The notes beneath the pieces were generated by a model. It searched no databases and had not been told where the DNA came from. It saw only the letters and a list, made by a program, of their open reading frames with translations. The translations under genes were made by a program, and so were the position numbers. DNA of 64,000 nt from Octopus vulgaris (lineage: Eukaryota): the NCBI GenBank assembly GCA_951406725.2, contig OX597824.1, positions 26,970,001 to 27,034,000 on the forward strand, in the 5' to 3' direction. Below are positions 1 through 12,061 of the stretch, one piece after another. Each line of letters starts with the position of its first letter. The stretch's first letter is position 1.

Positions 1-94
1 TTAACATCTATACGGAATTTGTGTCCTTTCCATCGACATAAGCTCGCCGTTGATTACAAAAATCGGAAATATTTTATCGTTATAGATTGATATT

Positions 95-152
<58 letters not shown>

Positions 153-263
153 TACAGACAGATAGAAAGACAGATACATAGATATATATATATATCTCTC
201 TCTCTCTCATTATATATATATATATATATATATATACAGACAGACAGATAGAGACAGACAGAC

Positions 264-371
<108 letters not shown>

Positions 372-845
372 CAGACACATGATGCCTTGTTGTCAAGTCC
401 AAAGAGGCCATTTTCCTATAAAGAACTGGATGATAAGTCTAAAATTGAATAAGCATTAAGTCTATAATTATTAGTTCGACAAAATATATATTGTTTCACT
501 TATGGCTCTTCGGAAATACATACACTATATATTTTATAGTCATGGTATAGAGATGTTTAAAGAAACGGGTCCTCGGCCAGAATTTAGTGTAGGTAACTTT
601 TGCTGTTCTAGCTTAATCTTTGAAGTTGAAAAGCTCATTCATGTGTTCTCTTTCCTCAGCATTTAATAAACTCCCTTCTTCGTTCCTGAATTTCTTTGAA
701 CTATTTCTCAAGCAATCCAACAATTAAATATAGAACACCAAAAAACAACAACAGCTGCAGCAGCAGCAGCAGCAACAGCAGCAACAACAACAACCACAAC
801 AACAACAACAACACAAGCTAAGAAATCACATAAAATAAAATAGAC

Positions 846-950
846 AGGCATGGTCGTGTAGTAAAGAATCTCACTCTGCAACCAAATGGTTTCAGGTTCA
901 GTCCCATAGCGCAGTGCATAATCTTCTACCATGGACCCTGTGTTAGCCCG

Positions 951-989
<39 letters not shown>

Positions 990-1016
990 TAGCTAGATAG
1001 ATTGATAGATAGATAG

Positions 1017-1061
<45 letters not shown>

Positions 1062-1258
1062 TGATTGTGTTTGTCCAGCCACTGCATGACAACCGGTGCT
1101 GGTTTATTTGCGTCTTCGTAACTTAGCGATACAATATGTAACATACTTTATTTTTATTAAAAAATAAAAGAAAAGCACTGGTGTCGATTTGTTTGACTAA
1201 ATCCTTCAAGGCGATGCTCCAGCATGGCCGCATTCCAAAAGCTGAAACAAGTAAACGA
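846..1258 (+). mobile_element. tRNA-derived SINE, family A (OK-like, internal microsatellite)
   Basis: tRNA-like head (ggttcagtccca B-box), internal (TA)n/(TG)n, and the 3' body gacaaccggtgctgg..cgtaacttagcg..gtcgatttg..aaggcgatgctccagcatggccgca..ctgaaacaagtaaa shared with many copies in the window. Confidence 0.8.
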
Positions 1259-1644
1259 AAATAGTTATAAAAAAAACAAAAAAAAAATCGTTCTGTGTGG
1301 GAGAAAATAAATAATTCCAACGTTTCATTTCAGTTTTGATGTTGTTATTGTAGTTATCCTTTTTTTTTTTTTTTGCGGCTGATTTAATTATTGTCCGTGA
1401 AAGAACTGTCATGTCCTCTGTACTCAGATGACTTAATCGACTTTAGTTTAAGGTTCAAAATGGCAGCAGCAACAGCAAAAGCGACTAAACAAAATAAGCC
1501 TCTGTCTGTAAGTAAACACGGATAACGTTTCACATCGTGTGATTGAGAAGTTTGATACATGGAAACTACGCTGGAAGTTATTTGGACTGTCTTCTGCACC
1601 TGTTCATATAACCGTGGCTTGTGTACTCGCTAAATACACAAACA

Positions 1645-2095
1645 TGATGCCTCGTTTATCACTGATTCGTTTATCACTCATCCGGGATAATCCGCTATGC
1701 TTATGTGTGAAACATGCTATGCTTAAAACGGATTGATCTGTGATAAGCGTAACAGCGTAAAAACACAATGCTCAGCTACACAAAATCCATTGATTATCGC
1801 TTGTGTTTATATGACCGTGATGTGATGCTACGTAGTTTTTGTCACCAAGGAACAATATATTCGAAGGCGTCTGACTTTAACAAACGACAGAGATATGAGT
1901 ATTCTCTATAAGAAAGGGTAGATAATAAAAGAAATACGTAAGAGTGAAAGCTTTGTAGCCGTGAGCCGCGAGTTGATGTCAATGAAAATACCATTCGTTT
2001 CATTCACAAAGTGAGTAGACATGATTCATTTATCACTGATTTATTTATCACCTTGGTTTTTTCTTCAAAACAAACACTCGTGATAAATTAAGATA
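1645..2095. mobile_element. Tigger/pogo-like MITE (relative at 22240-22712)
   Basis: Terminal cctcgtttatcac / gtgataaattaag inverted match, repeated tttatcact motifs; the same layout recurs at 22.2-22.7 kb. Confidence 0.6.
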
Positions 2096-2131
2096 GAAAT
2101 ACCACACAACCTACGCTTAATCTGATATAAA

Positions 2132-2860
2132 TCTATAATACATTAAAAGTTAGTTTCAATCTTGCTTGCTTGCTTGCAACGTTACCCAGGCAAGCTGGCG
2201 CATAATAAGAAACTACTATGAATTAAGTTTTACCCTGAAAAGTTAATAGGAAGGGAATGAAACAAATGTCGCGTAAATTGGAGCAGTAGCTATTGCGATA
2301 TTCAGGGTTTGTGATATAAATATCCAAAACGGTGCATAATGTGGAAATGTTCCGAATTTAACTTCATCCTGAAAGGGAACAAACTTATGTTTACATATAC
2401 ATACACAGAGATACGCAGATACGTCTACACACTTACATACATAAATACTCACATACATACATACATACATACATACATACATACATACATACATACATAC
2501 ATAAACACATATATATCATGGACTTCGTAGCCTCGGTGTGAAATAGTTTTTTCCATAAGTTTTTTGGAGTGCATTCAACGTTATCTCACCTCCAAATATT
2601 TGGCTGCTATTTCTAGCACACCCTAATACTATGTAACAGCTATTTGCGATAAAAGATACGACATACTCGTTACGAGCTAGCAGGGCGTGCAAGAAATAGC
2701 AGCCAAATCTTTCCTCTTCCGAAGGAAAGGAGCTGTTTATGCGTGATTTCGATGTCACAGTCATTGAAAACATGCAAAATAACCTGGAAAAGCAAAGATC
2801 CACGAAACAAAACTCCGTTGCTGGGAAACTGGGTTTCCCGGTGACCCACGGGTAGTCTAG
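2132..2860 (+). mobile_element. Non-autonomous Helitron
   Basis: A|TCTATAATACATTAAAAG 5' end, then (cttg)n; 3' cccg..cggg hairpin followed by CTAG|T. Confidence 0.6.
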
Positions 2861-3130
2861 TAATAATTAAATCTCGCTAAAAGTTCAACCTGCCACCTTA
2901 AACGAACGAAAGAGTGGAGTTCTAGAGGCGTTATATCTGGAAATAGAATGGGATAGCCACGGGCAGGATGTCTTTAAATACATCTCTCCCATGAGTTTTT
3001 TGAATGCTTTTCAACATGGACATGGTACACAACTCAACAACAACAACAACAACAGCAACAGCGGTAGCAGCGCTCATTCTACTCTACAGAGGGGAATAAA
3101 TTTTAAATATCGTTACCTTGTTACAATTAT

Positions 3131-3700
3131 TGGACTTTGGCCATGCTGGGGCACCGCCTCGTGGGTATTAACCAAACAAATATCGACCTTAGTACAGATG
3201 CCCCTTTTTATGTCTGGCGCTTACGTTATAAGTGTCATTTGTTGAACTGCTAAGTGACGGAGACTTAAACAACCCAACATTGGCTGTCCGCTTGTCAATT
3301 TTAAGAATTATATGGGAAACAAGATAGCTAGCTGTGACTGTTTCATTTTAGATAATAACAGATGTAAGGGGGAGTTATGGGAAGTAGGGGATCAAACACA
3401 GAGAAAAAGACACACTCACACACACACACATCCGAAGGCCTTTCAGTTTCCGACTACCAAATCCAATCAGAAAACTTTGGTCGGCCAGTGGCTATAATGG
3501 AAGACACTTGTCCAAGGTGTCACGCAGTGAAACTGAACCCGGGTCTATGTGGTTGGGAAGCAAATATCTTTCCACAAGGTCTCGCCTGCTCCTACGCAAC
3601 ATAGCCACGCCTGCGCCTATGTCACACAGCCACGCCAGAGTCTACGCCACACAACCACGCCTGCGCCTATACAACACACCCACGCATGCGCCTCCGCCAC
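3131..3700 (-). mobile_element. SINE family A with multimerised head
   Basis: ggccatgctggggcaccgcc tail, cagtttccgactaccaaatcc..gaagacacttgtccaaggtg body, then several ~25-bp cacagccacgcctgcgcctat repeats. Confidence 0.75.
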
Positions 3701-4239
3701 ACAGTTTTCTTCAGTGCTTTTCGTATTACTTCGAGTTAAGTCTTATGTATTGTCACCGATTACCGACGTAAGTTGAGGTATTCCTGTACATTCACAACTC
3801 ACGTTTCCATCTCGTTTTGGAACTCCAACTGTGATTCAAACACTGATCTATATCTCTGTCCAGTCTTTCCTGGTGGTTGTGCTGTGGATGTTGGTGATAA
3901 CGGCGGTGGTGGCTTCAACGGAAGTGGGCAACGGCGGCAGCAGCGGTGACGTGGTGGTGGTGGTGGTGATGGTGAAAGGTTAGGGTACACGTTTGAATTA
4001 ATCTAAATTGAGCGAATAAGCAAAATAGTCGGTTGAGATAGAAAAAATATTGATATCCAATCTAACAGCGAAGCTAGTTCAATATTGGTAGTCTTGTTTA
4101 CATAAGGTTCTCACTGCCTGGGAGGTTGAGAGATCGAATAGCAGTTATGTTTGTTTCATCTCCACCACCTGTGTTGGTAAGTATGATGTCAGGTTAGACG
4201 TTAAAGAAAAATACGAGCTGTGTATATATACACACATAC

Positions 4240-4291
<52 letters not shown>

Positions 4292-4295
<4 letters not shown>

Positions 4296-4349
4296 GATAC
4301 ATATATGTTTGTGTGTATATGAATATATGTTTATATTAACACCCCCTTT

Positions 4350-4425
<76 letters not shown>

Positions 4426-4443
4426 GTACACAAACATACATAA

Positions 4444-4476
<33 letters not shown>

Positions 4477-4495
4477 CATAAATACCCCGATATTC

Positions 4496-4526
<31 letters not shown>

Positions 4527-4575
4527 ATATATGTATATATATATGTATATATATGTATGTATGTATATATATGTA

Positions 4576-4647
<72 letters not shown>

Positions 4648-4714
4648 TATATATATATTTAGGTACATATATGTTTGTGTGTATATGATTATATGTTTAT
4701 ATTAACACCCCTTT

Positions 4715-4770
<56 letters not shown>

Positions 4771-4788
4771 GTACACAAACATACATAA

Positions 4789-4845
<57 letters not shown>

Positions 4846-4859
4846 AATACCCCGATATT

Positions 4860-4906
<47 letters not shown>

Positions 4907-4949
4907 ATATATGTATATATATATATGTATATATATGTATGTATGTATA

Positions 4950-5002
<53 letters not shown>
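4292..5002. repeat. Tandem duplication (~366 bp x2) of microsatellite-rich unit
   Basis: Unique anchors tttagRtacatatatgtttgtgtg, attaacacccccttttg, gtacacaaacatacataaac and cataaataccccgatatt each occur twice, in the same order. Confidence 0.85.
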
Positions 5003-5004
<2 letters not shown>

Positions 5005-5310
5005 GGACATCAACACACACACGTGTATACATATATACATACACACATGCGCACACAAACATGCATAAAAGCATTTCTCTTTATGTATGTGCGTATATAT
5101 GTATGTTTATATATATATAGGTGTGAATATGTATGTATGTGAATGTGTGTATATATGTAAGTGTGTTTGATGTGTGCGTGTGCGTGTGTGTCAGCGATTC
5201 TGTGTTCAAAAATATATTTATATCCATACATGTATACATGTCTGTGAATCTACTTACATATGCGTGGGTAGTTATATACACTGGTGTATGTGTTTGTATA
5301 TGTCGGTGTA

Positions 5311-5376
<66 letters not shown>

Positions 5377-5674
5377 ATATATGCACACTCATGCCGCGCG
5401 CACGCAAACATCCACATGTACTCACATATTGCGTGTGTGTTTTGTGATAAACACGACTGAGTTCGATTCTGATATTTTTCTTAAAGCTATTTCATATGTT
5501 CTTGTACGTTTTATTATTTAGTTTGCGTTCAACTATTGTTGATTTTCTATCTACTTTTCGTTTGTGTATCATGATATGTTGTAATAGTTCTTTGTGGCAA
5601 ATAAATTTGTTAAGTGATGAGAAAAAGATTTTCCTACATGGCATTTCAAGAAATTATAATATAATTATGTTTTC

Positions 5675-5870
5675 GAATTTTGGCACCAGACCACAAATTT
5701 TGGGGTAGCGATTACATTGATCCCAGCATTCAAATGGTATTTAATTTATCGACTAATAAAAAGTTAAAAGGCAAAGTCGACCTCCGTGGAACTGAGAACG
5801 TAAAAACGGACGAAATGCCGCTAAGCATTTTGTCCGGCGTGCTAACGATTCTGCAAGTTCGCCACCTTGA
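5675..5870 (-). mobile_element. SINE family B (Meta/MESC-like central domain), degenerate
   Basis: aaaggcaaagtcgacctc..gaacgtaaaaacggacgaaatgccgctaagcattttgtccggcgtgctaacgattctgc. Confidence 0.75.
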
Positions 5871-5981
5871 TTATTACATATAATAATAAAAGCAGAGAAG
5901 CTCTTAAGGCATATTCTTGTTATGGAGCATACACCGTCGACAAATTTTCTCTAGTGCTCTTGGTTTGGGTCTGTCTTTTCT

Positions 5982-7200
5982 GGAGGAGGTAATTGTTCAT
6001 CGTTCAGGGAGGGGATAAATAAATATACACAAACAAAATCAAAAGCTAAAGTAGAGAGATGAAATACTTAGAGTGTTGGGTATATGATCATGAATTAAAA
6101 TATATACTTAGACGTTGTACAGAAATTGTTTCATTGCGCTCGTAGATGGGGAAAACTGTGAAGTTTGGTTGGATATTACCTGCACATCTCTCTATGTGTT
6201 TAGTGAAAGGAATCCGTGTTTATTATGTGAACCTTATTTGTTCCTTATGTAGTGTGGTTCTCCATCTCAGTGTCATACTTGTCTGTACTTTACAGTTATG
6301 TCCAAACCCTGAGCAAGTTATAACATAAATTAGATTCTCAGAAGCATAAGTAAAGTTGGTTTTAACTGTGAAATTCTCTCCTTGTTTTAATAGGGATTCC
6401 GAGCCTTCCTGAAGGTTGGGACATGTTCCATAATTTGGGCGTCAACATCTTTTAACCGTTGGTTTCGTGGTTGTTGTGTAAAGCTTCGCATTTGTTAGAA
6501 GTCTTTTTAGCGATTTGTGTTGCTTTTTGCAATTGAGGAATTTATGTGTTTTCACAATGTTATTCATTCTGGATCTGAAGTGAGCATAGCTAGATTTTGT
6601 GCAATAGTGTTGTATGCCACATTGTTTCTAAGATTGTGAGTTGATATATACAGGAGATGAGGTGTGGTGTTACGTTTTATTGCCCTTAGTGTTTTAATGT
6701 CATAGAGAGATGTGCAGGTAATATCCAACCAAACTTCACAGTTTTCCCCATCTCCCAGTGCAAAGAAACAATTTCTATACAAGAACGTTTTAATAAAGAA
6801 AAATTGTTCATCGATAAATACAGAACACGTCTAAATTTGAACGCATAACCAACTTTGAACTCAGGATATATTTTAATTCATGATCACATACCTATCATTG
6901 TAAATATTTCATCTCATTACTTTAGCATTTGAGTTTTTGTGTATATTTATTTTTTCCCTCCCTGAAAGATGAACACTTACTTCCTCTGTCCCCAATAGTA
7001 ATGATCACCAATTACCTCCCTTTAGATTTTTCTACTTGTTGAATCCATTCATTCACAAACTTCACACACAACATGGGCTAAAATCTTCTTAAGAAAATAC
7101 GAAATAACAATAATTTCAATGTCATGATTAGCGAAAGCGAAACCGGTCGACAAACAATATAAAATAAATTTTAAAATATATTAAGGCTATGTAAAGTGTG
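5982..7200 (-). mobile_element. Penelope-like retroelement remnant (GIY-YIG region) with inverted pseudo-LTR
   Basis: Frameshifted minus-strand translation of ~6150-6700 gives ISTHNLRNNVAYNTIAQNL..KSLKRLLTNAKL..TVKRC.RPNYGTCPNL..NLIYVITCSGFGHN..HIERCAGNIQPNFTVFP, a PLE linker/GIY-YIG pattern; 6701-6753 is an exact inverted copy of 6144-6196. Confidence 0.85.
7120..7152 (+). ncRNA. Minimal hammerhead ribozyme motif (A3-U8 variant) in PLE 3' region
   Basis: tgtc-ATGATTA-gc-gaaa-gc-GAAA-ccgGTC-gaca: stem I tgtc/gaca, palindromic stem III, GUC triplet. Confidence 0.6.
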
Positions 7201-7801
7201 TGCATTTTCCTTTCTTTGTTATATATATATGTATATATATATATTATTCTAGCTTGCAACCTCTCAAGTCTGTTATTTCTTCAAGTTATAAATAAAGTAC
7301 GATGCATGACCAGTTTCAAAGCTTATATCATGATGTTCAGAACTATCATTCTTACATTAAAATTTGTATATTACACTACCTTGTGTATCTTTGAAGTTTC
7401 TTGTTAATTCGAGAATGGTTAATTCTGGCTATTTTATTCCAACTGTTAATCTGTTGTATATGACATTACTCTGTTTAAATATTAATATTCATTTTATTCA
7501 GGTGGAAGTCATCCATTCTCTAACATGTATAACTAATAAGGAAATATAAATAGGAGAAAGATCATGAATACTAATTATTAAAATGTCACACCCACCAGTG
7601 TCCTCACTATGTCACATTTGGAAAGCTGTTACACATAGGCACACGCATACGCACAGACATTTGAAAAGCAGTTATACATATGCACACACATTTGAAGAGC
7701 TGTTACACAAGCGCACCCACATACGCGCACACACACTTAAACACGCCCACGCGTACATGCATGAACGCACGCATATTGTAACAATTATGACTATAACTCT
7801 T

Positions 7802-8176
7802 CACCGTATATATTGAATATTGGGAATTGTCTAATATTGGGGCATATAAACCCACGACGGAAAAACATAGGTATTAGTACACGTGGCCATCGAACCCTCC
7901 TATAGTCAATACAAATGGTGAAAACGTTTAATTACACCATTTTTTTCACTCGTCGCCGTCAATACGTATTTCTTTACAAATTTACCGCCAAGACATCAGA
8001 ATTCCTAAATTTAACGCTTAAAAACTTTGAATATGTTGGTGTAATCGGTTAGCACATTTATCGCGAAAATAGGTGTGGCTTTGGTTCTCACGTGTGCTAA
8101 TGGCCATTTTTTTTTCTATGGTGGAAGTTTATACCCCCCAGTATTAGACTATTTCTTATAGTCAATATATATAGTG
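7802..8176. mobile_element. pogo-like MITE
   Basis: TIRs caccgtatatattgaatat / atagtcaatatatatagtg. Confidence 0.6.
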
Positions 8177-8182
8177 TAAATG

Positions 8183-8568
8183 CAGTAGAACCTCGCAGTA
8201 CGAGTGCATTATTGTACGCATAATTTGCTGTACGAGTCGAGACTCGTGCGAATTCTTGTGTTCAAGTACGAACGGAAATCCGTAGTATGAGTACACAAAT
8301 CATGCCATCTTTTAGGTAATTCAGTTAAAAAAACCAGCTTACATATTTCTTTTGCATTTTCTTTTTTTATAATTGTCATTTTACTTGTAACTTAACCTTT
8401 TCTGCTTCAAAATCCATAAAAAAATATTTTGGAGTGGTTTTGTGAGGCTGGAACAGATTAATTATATCGTAGTTAATTTCAATGGGAAAAAGTGATTTGC
8501 TAAACGAGTAAATCGTAAGACGAACTTGGTCATGGAACGAATTAAACTCGTACAGCGAGGTATCACTG
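8183..8568. mobile_element. Tigger-like MITE
   Basis: TIRs cagtagaacctcgcagtacgagt / actcgtacagcgaggtatcactg, followed by TA. Confidence 0.8.
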
Positions 8569-9500
8569 TAAATATTGGGCCATCGCATAAATAATGCGGT
8601 TCTTCCAAAATCCACTTGTCCTTGATGAAAAATACTCCTCCAGTACTGTTCTGACCTCGTTAAGAGAATTCATATTTTTTCCGTCCAAATGATTTTGAAG
8701 ACTGTCGTATAAATGATAATCAGATGGGGCAATTTCCGGCGAATATAGTGGCTGGGGCATCGTATCCCATTCAAGCTGCTCCAGTTTGTGTATGTGGCTG
8801 AGCATTATTCTGATTGAAGAACACCTTTCGTCTTGAAACCAAAGCTAATCGTTTTCCGGTGGCACGAAGGTATCGATGAATGGTTATGACCAAATCCAAG
8901 CTTTTGTGCTAGTTCCTCAACGGGTACGAAGGGATTTTGTTCCACCAGGGTTTGCAGGATGTCCTCTACAGATCTTCCAGGACAAGGCCCGTCTTCTAGG
9001 CTGTGCTTTCCGGCTCGGAACTTCTGCAAGCACTGTCGACACTGGCTTACACTAATTGTCCAATCCCCATATAGGAGCACTTCGTCGGTTACGGCGACGA
9101 GGGTCCCAGCTGATACGATCAACGGAACAGCCTGCTCATGAAATTAACGTGCAAGTGACTGAGCAATCCACAGACACGTGTACCCCTAACGTAGTTCTCA
9201 GGGAGATTCAGCGTGACAAAATGTGACAAGGTCGGCCCTTTGAAATACATGTACTACTCATTTTTGCCAGCTGAGTGGATTGGAGCAACGTGAAATAAAG
9301 GGTCTTGCTCAAGGACACAACGCGTCGCCGGGAATCGAACTCACAACCTTACAATCGTGAGCCGAATGCCCTAACCACTAAGCCACGCACCTTCACGCGA
9401 TCCCCATATGCTGCATTACTATTCCTCGCACTTGTTACCTCGCACTTTATTGAACACAAAAAGCAAAATATACCGCATATGCTCCCTTGTTTTTTTCATA
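8563..9500 (-). pseudogene. Mariner transposase pseudogene (fragmented)
   Basis: ORF-track pieces 8563-8805 and 8805-9122 carry mariner motifs; frameshifts, a deletion and a SINE insertion are present. Confidence 0.85.
9073..9398 (-). mobile_element. tRNA/CORE SINE, family C1 (OR-like)
   Basis: tRNA-like head, CORE-like tgtgtccttgagcaagac, 3' module shared with family C2; 10-bp TSD atccccatat (9063-9072 / 9400-9409). Confidence 0.9.
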
Positions 9501-9576
9501 ATAGCTTTACAAATATAACTGTTAAAATTGAATTGCACTGCTGAAAATTTGCACTAAGATTGTGGCCACTGTATAA

Positions 9577-9960
9577 GGAAGCACTCCGTCGGTTACGACG
9601 ACGAGGGTTCCGGTTGATCCGAATCAACGGAACAGCCTGCTCATGAAATTAACGTGTAAGTGGCTGAGCACTCCACAGACACGTATACCCTTAACGTAGT
9701 TCTCGGGGATATTCAGCGTGACACAGAGAGTGACAAGGCCGGCCCTTTGAAATACATGTACAACAGAAACAGGAAGTAAGAGTGAGAGAAAGTTGTGGTG
9801 AAAGAGTACAGCAGGGATCACCACCATCCCCGGCCGGAGCCTCGTGGAGCTTTTAGGTGTTTTCGCTCAATAAACACTCACAATGCCCGGTCTGGGAATC
9901 GAAACCGCGATCCTATGACCGCGAGTCCGCTGCCCTAACCACTGGGCCATTGCGCCTCCA
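9577..9960 (-). mobile_element. tRNA-derived SINE, family C2 (OR-like)
   Basis: Head ggaggcgcaatggcccagtggttagggc..gtttcgattccc; near-identical copy at 34393-34774; TSD tgtggccaMtgta (9561-9573 / 9962-9974). Confidence 0.9.
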
Positions 9961-10534
9961 CTGTGGCCAATGTACTACCTGCTTTTATAGCAAATTGATG
10001 CAGGTAGTTTATACCATCCCCTCACACTTTTATTTCATGCAACTGAAAAAAAAAACCCGTATCATTTATGTACTGAAACACATATATGTAGATATGTGTC
10101 TGTTATATGTAGATGAGCGATAACAGTTGGAGTGTATTTTTTTAAGTGTTTCCATGGTTTTCTTCCGTTTTCTTTGATTTGTTTTACTTCCATCTATTTT
10201 ATTTTTGTTACATTCGGGAAAATATATATATTTCCCAAAACAACCGGAGCTTAGTAACATCCCGTCACAGCTGGGTTTTGAAACCGGCAAAGGAGAGAGG
10301 GAGATAACCAGGTCTGTCTGCCGACTAGCTTACCTTATGTTAAACACAAACCCACACACACATACACACACGCATACTCACACACACACTGATGCATACA
10401 CCAAAAGCCATAGAAGACTTGTCAAAACAAACGAAGTCTCCCTTATTTACGTTTTGTGTTTTTTTTTCCTGTCATATTTGGTATCGTCTTTTTACAGATT
10501 TTTACGGTTTATCTTTTTATTATTTTTTTTCGTT

Positions 10535-10725
10535 CTTTGGACTGCTGCCATGCGGGGATAACGCCTTGAAGGCGCCTGATCCTAACGACCCCACAACTTA
10601 TTTTCTTGTTTATAAAGTCTGGTACTTATTTTATCGGTCTGTTTTGCCGTAGCGCTAAGTCACGGGAACGCAAATAAACTGACACCAGTTGTGAAGCAGT
10701 GGTGGGATGCAAACACAAACAACAC
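10535..10725 (-). mobile_element. SINE family A 3' fragment
   Basis: ggactgctgccatgc..cgccttgaagg..ttttgccgtagcgctaagtcacggg. Confidence 0.65.
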
Positions 10726-10869
10726 ATAAAGCTCGATTCGATTCCGTGTAACTAAAGGTTATATGAAGTTTCGGTTACCTGAGCTCCACGAACTAGGTCG
10801 CTGAGAGAGGCCTACGAAATTTCGGGTTGCACAGGGTCCGAATCAAACTGTTTTGATATAATAATAATG

Positions 10870-10923
<54 letters not shown>

Positions 10924-10927
<4 letters not shown>

Positions 10928-11271
10928 AAGGCAAAGTCGACCTCGGCGGAATTTGAACTCAGTACGTAGCGGCAGACGAAATACCGCTAAGCGTTTCGCT
11001 CGGCGTCCTAACGTTTCTGCCAGCTTACCGCCTTCCAAGTACCAGTCAAATACTGAGGTCGATATTATCGACTAAGCCCTTCTTCAAAATTGCTGCTCCG
11101 GACAAAACGCTAAGTGGCATTCATTTCTGCCTTAAGTTCCGAGTTCAAATACTGTCGAGGTAGATTTTGTCTTTTATCCTTTGAGGATCGATAAAATAAA
11201 GTACCAGTGAAATACTGGAGTCGATGTAAAAAATTTAACCCTTGCCCGAAATTGCTATCCTCGTACGCATA
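10924..11271. repeat. Dispersed duplicate of composite SINE junction at 53731-54079
   Basis: Colinear high similarity including the locus-specific junction gccttccaagtaccagtcaaatactg and the terminus ttgctatccYYgtacgcata. Confidence 0.85.
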
Positions 11272-11499
11272 ACGTTTCTGCCAGTTGGCCGCCTTTCCGT
11301 AAATGTTTCCTATAGAATAAATGTTAGACTTGAACAAAACAAGTACTGCAACCGATTTGATTCATTTAACCTTCCAATGTGGTGCCTCAGTAATTGTAAC
11401 AATCAAGAGAAACACAACACTGTGTAACACGATTTTTGTCCTTCGGTAGCAACTGTTATGATAGATGGCTAATATTTCCTTCAAACTTTACTTTTCTAC

Positions 11500-11680
11500 A
11501 TTTATTCAAACCCCAAAGAATCCCTCTCAAAAAAGGCTGTGATACTCCCCCACAACTGCTTATGATCAGGAATGCACATATTGCCAGCCATGAAAGGACA
11601 TGTTCAACTGGTTATGGTCAAGCGATTGACAACCAGATCTGTAGTATCGAGTAGGATATTTGTTATAACGATATTTCTGC
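11500..11680. mobile_element. Internal fragment of the (TAA)n-embedded element at 30540-31120
   Basis: caaaccccaaagaatccctctcaa..ggctgtgatactccccca..ggacatgttcaactggtta match. Confidence 0.7.
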
Positions 11681-11864
11681 TATAGGAACTGAGCGCTGAA
11701 TCTGTCTGAACTGATATGGAAAATAGGTCAGTTTCAAAACACTAATGTCCACGTCACAAAAGCAAAGTTTGAAGGGAATGGTAGTCATTTCCTTTGATTT
11801 CTAGATAGAAACAAATAGGAAATAACACTTACTGACCGAAAACACAACAGAAAAAAAAATTTTT

Positions 11865-12028
11865 GTTATACATTATTTACATTATTTACATTTTGACGGA
11901 TATTTGTCCTCATCTTGTTTGTTTTTAACACAACGTTTCGGCTGAAATGCCCTCCAACCTTCATCAGGTGTCTTGGGGGAAATTTCGAACCTGGGTTCTC
12001 ATACCTAACGTATTTTTCGATGTTGTTG

Positions 12029-12061
<33 letters not shown>

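Larger units (their letters stand above)
8575..10085 (-). mobile_element. Internally deleted mariner transposon interrupted by two SINEs
   Basis: Transposase remnants: PQPLYSPEIAPSDYHLY (YSPDLAPSD motif), an HTH region at 8880-9070 and the N-terminus at 9400-9500; degenerate TIRs (cataaataatgcggtt vs aacccgtatcatttatg). Confidence 0.85.

Noticed and set aside
6955-6980. ctgaaagatg / ctgaacgatg as a further hammerhead core
   Set aside because: Spacing does not fit CUGANGA and no stem II-GAAA follows
9885-9960. tRNA-like sequence (also 34700-34774, 54702-54775, 12243-12303)
   Set aside because: These are SINE heads continuing into repeat bodies; no complete cloverleaf
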